Assembly: GCF_018977255.1 (NCBI RefSeq)
Contig: NW_024704742.1
Coordinates: 41,542,001-41,606,000, forward strand
Direction of reading: 5' to 3'
From: Callorhinchus milii
Lineage: Eukaryota
Length of the DNA: 64,000 nucleotides
Part shown: one piece after another, positions 25,901 to 37,490 of the stretch
Position numbering within the stretch: the first letter of the stretch is position 1
How the letters are laid out: each line of letters starts with the position of its first letter
Notes under the pieces: generated by a model
What the model was told of the DNA's origin: nothing
The model's input: the letters and a program-made list of their open reading frames with translations, nothing else
The model's database searches: none
Position numbers and translations under genes: made by a program

Positions 25901-26069
25901 GTTTAGATATCATTTTACACATATTAATAATCTTATTGGTGGCACTGAATCACAATGAATGTAAAATGAAAGCTGATCCCATCAGTTACTATGAGTGGTA
26001 CATTGGATGAGGTGGGTGAGAATGGCTCTCACAACTTCACAATGATGAATATCATCATGCATAAGATAA

Positions 26070-26232
26070 TCATTCAGTTTGGTTGTTTGTGGGACATAGC
26101 TGTGTCCAAATTTGCTGCAGGATTTTGCCTACAAAATACTGTCACTGAATGTTACAGTAAATACTTTGGTGCACTTTGAGATCTCCTCCCTAGTAAAAAA
26201 GCACTGTATCAAATGCAAGGATTATTATTATA
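26070..26232 (+). mobile_element. SINE 3' part
   Basis: 'tgtttgtgggacatagctgtgtccaaatttgctgc...tatcaaatgcaaggattattatt'. Confidence 0.75.
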
Positions 26233-26875
26233 ATGAATATAAGTCTTCTGAATGGCATTCCTCCAGGTCTGTGTTTTTGAAGTTTACTTGTTCTTTGCAG
26301 CCAAGAACAGTTGCCACTCATCATAAGATACTCATCTTCAGGAAGCAATGACTGAAGCTTACAGCATCTTATATAAATGAAGTACTACCTGTATTTATTA
26401 CTTCAGAAACACTGTAGTGGGTTAACTTCTGCCAGTCCTTAAAGTTTCCAGCCTTGATGGTTGGCGCTTATATTGGGGACATTTCACTAAGGTTGGTAGG
26501 TTTATCAGTTAGTAGAACTGTGTGCCCATAAATGCTGTCATTTTACTGAATTTCCTGATTCTCCTTGATAAGCCAGATGGTATAATTTATCCCAATTGGG
26601 GAGAGCAGTTATTGCTTGCATTGAGTGACACCTGCTTTTAGTTAAATGATAACTTCATACTGTCAGTTGAAAGATAATGGATCCTTGTACATTATATACT
26701 CTCAAGTTCTGTCCTGCTATTTGCTGACAAATGGGAGATTGTACCTTGCACTCAGCAGACAGGATTTCCAATCAGCATTAGTAAGTTTTACTAATCAGCA
26801 GAAGGAAAACTCTACACAGTTGTATGACTTAACTTTTAAAAGGTTTAAAATCATTGTTTTTCCCTTCCTCTAGTG

Positions 26876-27097
26876 CATCGGTGGCCAACCTTTATGTTCG
26901 GCCAACAAAATACATTTTCTTGATTGAATATTTCTTGATTGATGCCAGAAAGCAAGAAATATTCAGTCAAGAAAAAATTGAAGACACACTACCAATCAAA
27001 AACGGACTTACCTACACTCGTGCAAATGTTCAGGGGACCACTTCTTGACAGCTACTTGGGCCACTTCCAGCCCATGAGCCACAGATTGCCCACTCCT
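26876..27097. mobile_element. hAT-Charlie-like MITE relic
   Basis: Ends catcggtggccaaccttt / gagccacagattgcccactcct resemble Charlie/MER5-type TIRs; 8-bp TSD ctctagtg (26868-26875) / ctccagtg (27098-27105) with TCTAG core. Confidence 0.55.
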
Positions 27098-27169
27098 CTC
27101 CAGTGAATGGTTCCAGTGGGCATTCATTTCCAGGTTGTTGAATATATGATCATGGGCTCTCCACTGTGC

Positions 27170-27415
27170 ACTCTTTACCTTGCAGTATGTAGGAACCCAA
27201 TTGTTAGTCGATTGGCGGATCGCTTTTCTGGAGGTAATAATCCCTTCAAAAAAAAATAATAATAATAATCTGGATACTTAATCCATGACTGTTTGTGGGA
27301 CCTGCTGTGTGCAATTGGCTGCTACGTTTTGTTTTACAGTGCATTCTGTGAAGCGGTTTTAGGCGTTTCGATGACTGGATATGGCGCTATATCAAATTCA
27401 AGCATTATGATTTAT
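27170..27415 (+). mobile_element. SINE (long variant), 5'-truncated
   Basis: 'tttaccttgcagtatgtaggaacccaattgttagtcgattggcggatcgc' followed by Deu 3' part and tail. Confidence 0.8.
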
Positions 27416-28169
27416 TTTTAGTTTTATTATTATGAGTTAGTTTATAGAGCATTTTGATATATAATATTTTATTATTAAAGCTGGTGAATTTACACTGGCA
27501 TCTCTAATTGCTCAGTTGGTCTACCAACCATGGATAAATAATGTGAATATTTGTATCTGAATTTAATATTACAGCAGCCTTAGGATATTTGACTACATGT
27601 TCTTCATTACTGTGAGTGTTCTGCTTCCTGTATTTCTATATACACCTGAATGTGACCTAAACAGCAAATTGCAATAACATATTGAATCTCACCGAGTGAA
27701 AATTCACTGTTGCTATGCACACTATCTCAAGGGTATAATTATGGATAATAGGCACCCAAGAGAAAGAACAGATGTATCAATTACTCCAATGTAGTCATGT
27801 TGTTTTTATGTGGATGGTATGCGCTTGATTTATATGCCACCAATTTAGCCCTGAATGCAAAATGTATAACACGTTTGAATTGGTGCGTCCTCTACAATTT
27901 ATCTGACTGTATAATTTAATTTATAAAAAGAACATACAATTCAAACACCACGTTCAACAATTATATATATGTTATATACATATATATACACAGTATATGC
28001 AAAGTGCTTAAGTCTATTGCTGGGGACTGCGAGTTAGAACTGTGGTGGCTCGGTCCCAAACTCTGTTCAATAAGAACTTCTATTTAGAATCTAAAGTGAT
28101 TTTAATCCAAATCTACTCCACAGCGTTCTGTTTCAAATTATACCTTCTCCGTACAACTGAATTGTGCCA

Positions 28170-28586
28170 TGTGTTAGTCTGTTTTCTTCTGAGTCCAGCA
28201 GGTTGTGTGTTTAAGTCCCCATGTTGCGATTTTGAGCTCCGTGTCTAGGCTGACATGAAAATGCGGTGCTGCATGGCTGGAAGTGCTATCCTTCAGATGA
28301 GACATTAAAACAAAAGTGGATACTAAAGATTCACCTGAACAGGCAGAACATGGCACTATCTATTTGAAAAGAAAGGGGAGTTTCTCCTGGTGTCATGGCC
28401 ACAAACCCCCAAGTAAAATTGGTCATTCACTTCATGGCTGTTTGTCAGTCATTGCTGCATGCACCTTGTCTGTCATGTTCATCTACAAATATACAATCAC
28501 TACAATTTAAGATAAATCCTGTGAAGTAATTTTTGATGTTGATGTGATCAGGCATAAAATGCAATTATTATTAATAATAATAATGA
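28170..28586 (+). mobile_element. Deu-domain SINE, diverged
   Basis: 'tctgagtccagcaggttgtgtgtttaagtcccc', 'tccttcagatgagacattaaa', 'ggggagtttctcctggtgtcatggcc'. Confidence 0.75.
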
Positions 28587-30147
28587 TTGTTTTACATATC
28601 TGATTTTGCAATCTTCAAAACAAATTGTTCACCCGAGTACTATATTATCCGAGTATCGTATTATCCAAATATTTGTTTTTGGTCAGCTGGGTGTGTGACA
28701 CATGCAAAATCCGTCACTATGTTTTAATTCAGGTGCTCATGTGAGGGGCTTTGGCAAATAAATGTGCCCGCTATAAGGCCAACTCTGCATCCAGGGTGCT
28801 CAGGGACAGGTTGGTGTAGGCCGGAGTCCTTCTCCCCTGAAGCTGCTTTCTGTGTCTGTTGCAAATCCAAATTACTGCTTGATCTGGACTTTGCAAATGG
28901 GCCAGAGGAAGCCTCTCCCCTGCATTCCCAGCAGCTCAGAACCATAAAGGAGGATTGTTTGGATACAAGTCTTATATACAAAGAGCTCGATCTGCATCGG
29001 GACCTTGTGTCCAAGCAAATGTTGGACCACAACAACAACAACAACCCCCAGGTTCTGATAAGAATCAACAAATGGGCCTGATGTGCTTTATATCTTCCAA
29101 TCAATATCGCTGATGTCTTCTCTTTAGCCATAAAGAATCATGATTCAGCACTTGGGAGCACCCACCATCATATCTCACAAAGTACTGTATCTGAGCACTA
29201 TCTCTACTGCACTTACAGGCTTCATTACAGAATAGTTTTGTGAGGACCTTATTCATAAGTAGATACAAAAGAAGAAGGGTGGCATTTAAGCCAGAATCAA
29301 TGATGCATGAGCTGGAGCTGGAGGCAGGTGCTGAGAAAATAGATACAGTATTTGGCAAATGCCCAGGCAAGTAACAAGAAAAGGGTGGACAAAAAGTATT
29401 GTGAGCAAGATGAAAGGAAAGTGCGAGGTTCCAAAAGAAAAGAACAAAACCTTTTCAGGACTCGCATTCCTGGAAAAGGTAAAGATGAAAAGGACCACAA
29501 TTGCTGGATATTGGAACTAAAAAGAAAACCCTGGAACTATACTTATTTGTACTTTAGAATCAGACAGTTAGGGATGCAAATGTCCTTTTCGGTCCTATAC
29601 ATTCCAATATTTCCGTTTGCACAGCATACTGACTGACATCTGAAAGAAAAAGAGATTTCAGGAACAGATGCAATTGTAATGAATAAAATACCCAAGAGGC
29701 ACGATCAAAAACTCAGAATAAATCATGCTAGTGATCACGATCCTGCTAGCTGGCTGCTGAACAATATAATCTGTGAGCCAGAGAACAAATGCTCTACCTA
29801 GCTTCAGGATGCCAGCAATGAAAAAGGTGTTGGGTTGTTTGCAGCATATCTGGATTATCACATTTTATACTTAAGGAATCTCTTAATTTCAATTTTATAT
29901 GAGCTCCATTGCCTCTACTGTCCTGGCTGGTGGTTGGTTTGCTGTCTGCAGAGGAAGCAGGCCTGAGGGGAGTATTAGAGGTGTGAGAATGGATGAATAA
30001 TCTATAATTTGTACATTAGGGATCAGAAAGTATCTATACAGCGTGGACAGAATCTACAATAGGCTAGGTTTTGTGCGTTCTGTGGAAGCAGATATGAAGG
30101 ACCAAATGACTTTTTCTCGTTAAATGTTCTATTAACATATGTTCTAT

Positions 30148-30453
30148 GGAGTCCTGTAGCTCAGTAGTTAGAGCACTCGCCTCGCAAGCGAGAAACCTGG
30201 GTTTGATTCCCGGCAGAGCGAAACATTGGGCAAGTTTCCTTACTCCGCATGCCTGATAATAATCCCTCAAGAAAAAAACCCCAAACAATAATAAATTGGT
30301 CACTTCAATCTACGACTGCTTGTGAGACATTGAGGTGCGCAATTGGCTGCTGTGTTTCGCCCACACATATACAGTCAATTCACTTCTGTGAAGCGCTTTG
30401 AGATGTCTAGAAGACGTGAAAAGCACCATATCAAATGCAAGGATTATTATTAT
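30148..30453 (+). mobile_element. tRNA-Ala(CGC)-headed SINE, full length (short variant)
   Basis: A box tagctcagtag; anticodon arm ctcgc-ctCGCaa-gcgag; B box ggtttgattcc; body and (TTA)n tail. Confidence 0.92.
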
Positions 30454-31615
30454 TTTCTTATGTTCTGGTAGAGGGTTTTAAGTCCGTTTCATGTAGTTAT
30501 TAGACTTTATTTTGTATCCATGCCATTTGTGTGTAGTTCCTGGGTTAAACAGAAAAAGCATCAGGGAAGAATTATTAGAATATTTTTTATCTTTACCTTT
30601 GTGAAGCTGTTGCCAAATCTGACTTTGAGCAAAATGATGGTAGAGTGACAGAATCAGAGACAGATTTTCCTTACAGTGATCTGTGTCCAAAATGGACAGA
30701 TATACATTTGCTGACTTGGAAAGAATCTGTGTAATCTACTTCTTGAGTGAAAACAGATGGCATTCACTTTCTAGGTGGTCCTTTCATCCCTGTTGTTGTC
30801 CAGTATTGTTTCCATTTAAAACTTCATCGTTTCTGGTAGAGTTTGCTTTCAAGGAAGTTGATCAGAGCAAAAGAGGAAGACAAACATTTAAAAATGACAT
30901 CAATCTGAAACAATTAAAACCAAAAGACACAAAAAAGACAGGAGGAGACAAGCTCGAACTAAAGTAATCTTAGCAGAAAGAGGAGACCCAAAAGACAGTA
31001 TTGTATTTCTCACTGGGAGCTGATTCTACTGTAAACAGCAGTGTTTCCATTGCCCATTGATATTTGTGACCTCTGCATTAACCTTCCTAAGATTCCGGGG
31101 CCATTAAACCCCATTATCCTCTCTCTACTTCCTCTCAGTGTATAGGTTTCTGATGTTTCAACTGTATCCAAATAATCAAAGTAAAAAGAATCGCAAATAC
31201 AATACATAATTACAGTTAGACTGAGTGATGCTCTATGTATCTATGATGAATAATAATTATTACTAGTAGTAATACTAATCCTTGCATTTATTAATAATAA
31301 TCATATGCACCTTATGAGAGCATTGGTAGCATGTAGATTGTACACAAATGTCCAGTAGCACAAGAGTTTACTAAATTATATCATTATATGATCATAGTGT
31401 CTTATTTTGATGTATGATCCTGTTTATATCATAATATATAGCTGTTATATAATTATATTTTTTCCCCAGTAAACATATGTTCAAGCGTAAATCTAATTTC
31501 AAATTTGTTCCAGTTTGTAATAAATTGTTAAGATCTGTGTGTCACAATCGTGGGATTAATGGAAACAAGAAATGGCATGATCATCCAGTGTCTTGAGTTT
31601 TTGATGCAATCTTGT

Positions 31616-31695
31616 GTGTCAGGCTGGTTCAATTGGTAGCAATCTTGTCTCTGAGTCAGGAGGAAATGGGTTCAAACCCTATTAGACTTGGAACT
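31616..31695 (+). mobile_element. Deu-SINE tRNA head only
   Basis: tgtcaggctggttcaattggtagcaatcttgtctctgagtcaggagg...gggttcaaaccc. Confidence 0.7.
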
Positions 31696-33119
31696 TTTAT
31701 GGTTTAAAAACTAAAATGAAAGATGCCAAACCAACTGTAAGGATTTTTACTATTATTATTATTAATCTCAGTATAAAACAGAAGAGCTCTGCATTGCCTT
31801 CTTTCCATAAAAAACACAGCTTAACATGTACTGGATTCATTGTAATGTTGCTTATTGTCATTTTAAAAAATACCTCTAATGAACATTTGTTTTCATTATA
31901 TGCGTGTGCAGTGTGTGTGGGTGAGAGTGTGTGTGTATATGGGTTTATGGGGGTGATGGGGTAGGGAAAGAGAAATAAAAGTATGTTTAAAAAGATCAAA
32001 GTGAAATAGAAACAGGACCTCAGGCTATTGAATTATGTCAACAGTATTTATGAGTGAATCAAACAATTTTAAGGAATTTTAAACACGTGGATTCTGTTTT
32101 GTAGAATTCACATGCTGGAATCTGTAGCAGAGATCTGATCTAGGAGAGCTCTGTTTGGTTGCAACCTGTTCTTGTTTTATGGTGAGATGTGTTTGGAAAG
32201 TAGAAGGTTATCATCAGTGCACAATTTAGTTTTGGCTGTATTTAGCGAGTAGCTTAATACTGGCTGGATTTTCAGATAGAAATAATAGAGGTCTCATAAC
32301 GTTTAAAAAATGGGCCAAGTAAAGGCTATCTGACTCTTCCAAAGACCACATACAATCTCGCTCATTGTGGACCTTACACATTTATTTAATGCTACCATTT
32401 GTATATTTATCCTCCCAGTGGTTGTAAAATCAGAGTACTTATGATGCTCAGTGAGGAGCTACCATTGGTCTATGGGACAAAGTCCGGAAACAGATGAACT
32501 GTAGTATTACTGACCTACAATATGATTGCCAGGCATAACCAGTGTTTCATCTAAGGCACAAACTGGTGGGTAAGTTTTATCACTGGACAAAATGTTTTCT
32601 GGTCAATCTCTCAGTTCCGGTAAAGTGTTATCTTCAGTGGGATGGACTCCAGCTCCACATTCCATTTTCGTTCAAATGGTACATTTAAAGGTTCTTCCTT
32701 CCTCTCAAAAACACCACTATCACAACAGACTGCCCAGAATCACAAATGCCGTCAAAATGCCTATAACTGCATTTATTGGAGGTGGTCACAGTGGGATTGA
32801 CTAATAGAACCTCCAAATCGCATAGGGGAATTCCTGCCAAGGATCGGGAGGACATAATGTCTGACTTGTGGGCTGTCCCGCTCCAAAGCGTGAAAAGTAG
32901 ATTGTGGGGTTCCCACAAGCTGATTAGCAGCAGAATTACTTACTTACAACGGAATCACTATTAGTGAATCATGTTTGATTATTCGCCTTTTCAACACAGT
33001 AGTCTGTGGGGAGGAGAGCCTCCTTATGTTAATATATCATTCCTAAGATGGAAAAACATGAAACTGTGGTATCAGTCACCTGTTAGGAGTGCACTCACTG
33101 CTGCCTATTAACACCAAAG

Positions 33120-33300
33120 CTTTGTTAACTATTTTGAGAGGGAATCAGATAAGTGTTAGAAGAAGAAGAAGAAGAAGGCAAAGGGGAAAGAGCCAATAAT
33201 TAGTATTCAAGTGGATATCTTCAGTGAAGGTGGGAGCCCAAGTGGAGGCTTGATGGACCAAATAGATTATTCAAAGTGTTCTCATTTCTATGATTCTGCG
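33120..33300 (+). mobile_element. CR1 3' end, degraded
   Basis: 'tttgagagggaatcagataagtg...ggcttgatggaccaaatag...tttctatgattct'. Confidence 0.55.
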
Positions 33301-33729
33301 ATGATATTAATGTGTATTTTGTTATGTTCCTAATTTTGGGATAAAAATTAAATTTGAGTAATTATTGTTAAAACAGGAAATCTAATGAGAAGAAGCTTGA
33401 GGAGGTTTTGTCCTTGCGAGAATCTGTAAATAGTCCTAGAACAATGCTACAGTGTACAGTGATATATTAGTGGGAATGGTTAAAAGCTCAGGGATACCTT
33501 GCTGTAATGTGTTCCATTTCCTATCTGAACACGTCTGACACAGTTCATTTTATACAGAATCAATTGCATGAAATGCACACACTGTACGGAAATACACATG
33601 GCTTAAGAATTGACCTAAATGGTCCTGAAGGACCTCTTGGGAACTCTGCTTATGAGCTAAAAGTTTAAAATCCTGCTGGCGATAAATAAATTTGCAATTG
33701 AACCAATGTAAAGTGAACTCTGAAACCTA

Positions 33730-33871
33730 CAGGGAGAAAATATCCTGTGCTTTCAAGAAGCTGCTTGATTCAGACAATCTATGTGTGCTACATTATACAT
33801 ACCCAGAATGTTTTATAGCCTTTACAGCTACACGCATCATTACTTTTCTAACAATGGAATTTTCCCCCCTG
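33730..33871. mobile_element. Short TA-flanked MITE-like relic
   Basis: ta|cagggagaaaatatcc ... ggaattttcccccctg|ta (12/16 inverted match, TA on both sides). Confidence 0.4.
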
Positions 33872-33914
33872 TAGCTTAGCCATAACATATTTTACTCAAG
33901 TATATTTATTTATC

Positions 33915-34220
33915 TGTTTAGCTTGGCTCAGTTGTTTCAACTTTCTTTTTGGTTATAGGTTGGGATTTGAATTTATAATCCGGGCTGATTCTCCAGTACA
34001 GTAATGGAAACGCCCTGTGTTGGGGTGAGTGCTGCCTTGTGCTGAGATATAAAACTGAGGTCCAGTCTATCTGTTCCATCACACCATTCAAAAAGAGAAG
34101 TACATTTTTCTTCGTGTCCTAGCTAACAATCCTCCAGATACGCTAGTCAATTACCTCAATAATTTGTACCAACAAGGTCCTAGTTATTTGTAGGACCTTG
34201 TTGGCTCAAATTACTGCACC
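33915..34220 (+). mobile_element. Deu-domain SINE, diverged
   Basis: 'tttagcttggctcagttg', 'aatccgggctgattctccagtacagtaatgg', 'gagatataaaactgaggtcc'. Confidence 0.7.
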
Positions 34221-34249
34221 ATTTAGTAAGAAAACAGTCATTATAATAG

Positions 34250-35030
34250 TCATTATAATAATAATTATTATCCTTACATTTGATATACATTTGATACACC
34301 TAATAATAATCCCTCCAAAACCAAAAACAATAAAAAATTGGTCATTTTCAATCTACGACTGTTTGTGGGACATTGCTGTGCGCAATTGGCTGCCGCGTTC
34401 GCCCACAAATATACAGTCAATTCACTTTACAGTGTGTTCTGTGAAGCGCTTTGGGACGTCCTCCCGACGTGAAAAGTGCTATATCAAATGCAAGGATTAT
34501 TATTATTATTATTATATATCATGTGGTGTGTGTGTGTATATCGTGTGTGTGTGTATGTGTATATTGTGTGTCTATATCATGTGTGTGTGTATCGTGTATG
34601 TGTGTATATCGTGTGTGTGTATCGTGTGTGTGTATATCGTGTGTGTGTGTGTGGAGTCCTGTAGCTCAGTGGTTAGAGCATTCGCTTTGCAAGTGAGACA
34701 CCTGGGTTCAATTCCAGGCAGAGGGTGAAACCTTGGGCAAGTTTCCTTACTCCACACGCCTAATAATAATCCCGCGTTCGTCCACAAATATACAGTCAAT
34801 TCACTTTACAGTGTGTTCTGTGAAGCGCTTTGGGACGTCCTCCCGACGTGAGAAGCGCTATATCAAATGCAAGGATTGTTATTATTATTATAGTGCCTTT
34901 CATGCAGTGATAAAGTCTTACAATGTTTCACAGGATATATTGTACAGTGGAGTGACTGTATTTTGCGTGCAAAATGTCTGCACAGAATTGTCCCACAAAC
35001 AGCTATGAAATGAATGACCAATTTTATTCA
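34250..35030 (-). mobile_element. Older SINE 3' part, split by an insertion at 34288-34890
   Basis: 'tccttacatttgatata' (34271-34287) continues as 'tagtgcctttcatg...tcacaggatatattgtacag...gtcccacaaacagc' (from 34891). Confidence 0.75.
34299..34890 (+). mobile_element. Composite insertion: SINE 3' part + TG-rich linker + SINE with internal deletion
   Basis: SINE body 34299-34514, linker 34515-34652, SINE head from 34653, deletion at 34773, tail to 34890; near-identical to 41769-42244. Confidence 0.88.
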
Positions 35031-37019
35031 TTTATACTTGACAGCAATTCAGTAATTACTTGTGAGGTGCTTCAAAATAGAGTACTTTTATATGATATGG
35101 TGATTTAAAAATCTGTAGGACAATTAAAAACTTGAATTCATATACAGAGTTACAAAGAGATCCCAAAAATTAAACCAAATAGGAACATTTCACAAAGACA
35201 CAGTTTAAAATAAGGAACCATTTGCATTGATTCTAGACTTAGTGTGAAATGCAAATGAACGGAAACTGGTTTTAATTTGAATCAACACAATTTTAAAATA
35301 TTTGGAGAACCATATGCTTCCCTTTAAATTAACGTTGCTATAATAAACATTTTTCATAGATTTAATGGTATATGAAATATAATTGGGTGTGCCTGAGACT
35401 CTGTTCAGGAACAAATTCCATAGAATAATCTAGGTCCTTAACTCTTATGTTCACTGGAATTGAACATGCAGTCATCATAAGAGCAGTAAACGATCTGAGA
35501 TGCTGTATCACATGAAGGGCACCATATAAATGCAAGTCACTACATTTTACAAAAAATGCAAGGTTTATTATTATTATTTTTATAAGTTAATTCCTGGTTG
35601 GTAAATGAACCAAGGGAATTCCCTTTGAAATTCATCAATAAATCAGGATCCCAAAAGTCCATTTTAAGACCAGCATTTTGTATTCCAATCTTTCGTCAGA
35701 TGTTCAGGGCTGTTCTCATCGAGGAATTGTTGAAAGCAAAATGCCGACTGCAATTGCAAACTGAAAGTTGTGATTCATTCCCATGTTGGCCACTGACCCC
35801 TGCTGAAAAGTGACTTGTTAGAGAATTAGTGAGGCAAGAAAAGATTTTGCTTGGCTGTGAAGTCCCCATTGTGTCACATGGCTTATTAATGCTCACTCTA
35901 AGATCACACATAAAGAACAGTTATTTGGCCAAGGTGCCCAGGATAGTTGGACTGTTATTATTGTAAAGTGAAATGATTGTGTAATTGTAGGCAAAAGCGG
36001 CATCCGATTTGCACACAGCATTATATATATATATATATATATGCAAATCAGATGTCGTGTTTGACTACAAACCTGCAAATCGGACGCCTATATGTTACAC
36101 ATATATATATAGCCTGCAAATTGGATGCCTATATATATATGTATTATATATAGCACAAACTGCTGTGAAGTGAAAGGCGAATTTAACCATTTAAAACCAT
36201 TGATTGGTCTGTATGAAATGCTTGGTAATAATTCAGCATAAGCTTACTGACAGAATCCTTACTTCAGAACATGTTAAACGCCTCAGTATTATTTTATTTG
36301 GAAATCAATTATAGTTACACGCATTTATCAGTAACTGTAATTGTTATGGTAACTTCATTGGCCATAAATTTATATCTTCTCAATTAAAACACTGTCAAAC
36401 TGGACATCTGTTAAATCTCATTTCATGCCCCCCACCTTACAGTTATGCCATTACATCTGCTAAACTTGTGGGAGTATCTCCCCTTTCCGTTACAAATCTG
36501 GCTGCCTCAAGAACTGAGTTATTTCTGTCGCAAGAACAACATACGGATTTCTATTAGATTTATCACTTTGATGACCTCTTAGGGCAGATGTGTAAGGAAA
36601 TTACATCATGTGTACTTCAGCACTTTGATAATTATCAATGGTGAAAGCTATTCTATTGAGACGTATGTTTTTGGTACAATATTTAGCTCCTTATTGCTCA
36701 AAGCTGTATGTGCTGACTTGGCCAGATTTAGTTAAAGTTGGTTGGGAACTCACTCTCTACAAGGCTCTCCTTACTATCACTTTTTTACCTTGTTCATACA
36801 ACTTTATAACATTCACATAATCTACCAATGCCACAATAATCATTGTTAACAATTTTGTTAATATAATCTAACCCTCATAATTTTTTCCATTGTGGTCAAG
36901 GGAAAGAAGGATTTCTCCTTGTTAACTGGATGTCCAGTTCAGTGAAACTCCAGTTTTGGAGACAAATTTGTTTGGAAAAGTGTATTATTTTTGTAGGGGC
37001 TATGAAAAATTATATCATA

Positions 37020-37490
37020 AATAATAACATTCCTTGCATTTGTATGGTGCCTTACCATTCAGAAGGACTTCTCAAAGCACTTCACAGGATTTTCTGTGAA
37101 ATGGAGTGACTATGTATTTGTAGGTGAGTGGGGCAGCCCAATTGCGCACAGCAATGCCGCACAAACAGCTATTAAACAAACGACCAATTTTATTTGGGTG
37201 ATTATTGGCCGGGACACCGGGAGAAACTTCCTCCTCTTTTTGAATAATGGCATGGGATCTTATAGGTCCACTTAAAAAGGCAGACAGGACCTTGGTTTAA
37301 CGTCTTATCCAAAGCACGGCACCTCCAATAAATCAACACTCGCCCAACGCCGCATTGAAGTGTCAATATGGACTTTTAGGTGGTGCAGCATTGCGTGAAG
37401 TGTAACAAAACTTAAATCCCAGCTTGGGGCTTGAACCCACAGTCTTCTGACTCAGAGGCAAGAGTGCTTCCATTTGAGCCGGGCTGGCAC
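37020..37490 (-). mobile_element. Deu-domain SINE, full length
   Basis: Tail, 'ggcagcccaattgcgcacagc', 'ggtttaacgtcttatccaaagcacggcacctcc', head 'cttgaacccacagtcttctgactcagaggcaagagtgct'. Confidence 0.9.

Noticed and set aside
30148..30220. tRNA-Ala gene (also 8140-8211, 34653, 41660, 42121, 61445-61517)
   Set aside because: A/B boxes and the anticodon arm are present, but there is no proper acceptor stem and each continues into a SINE body; these are SINE heads.
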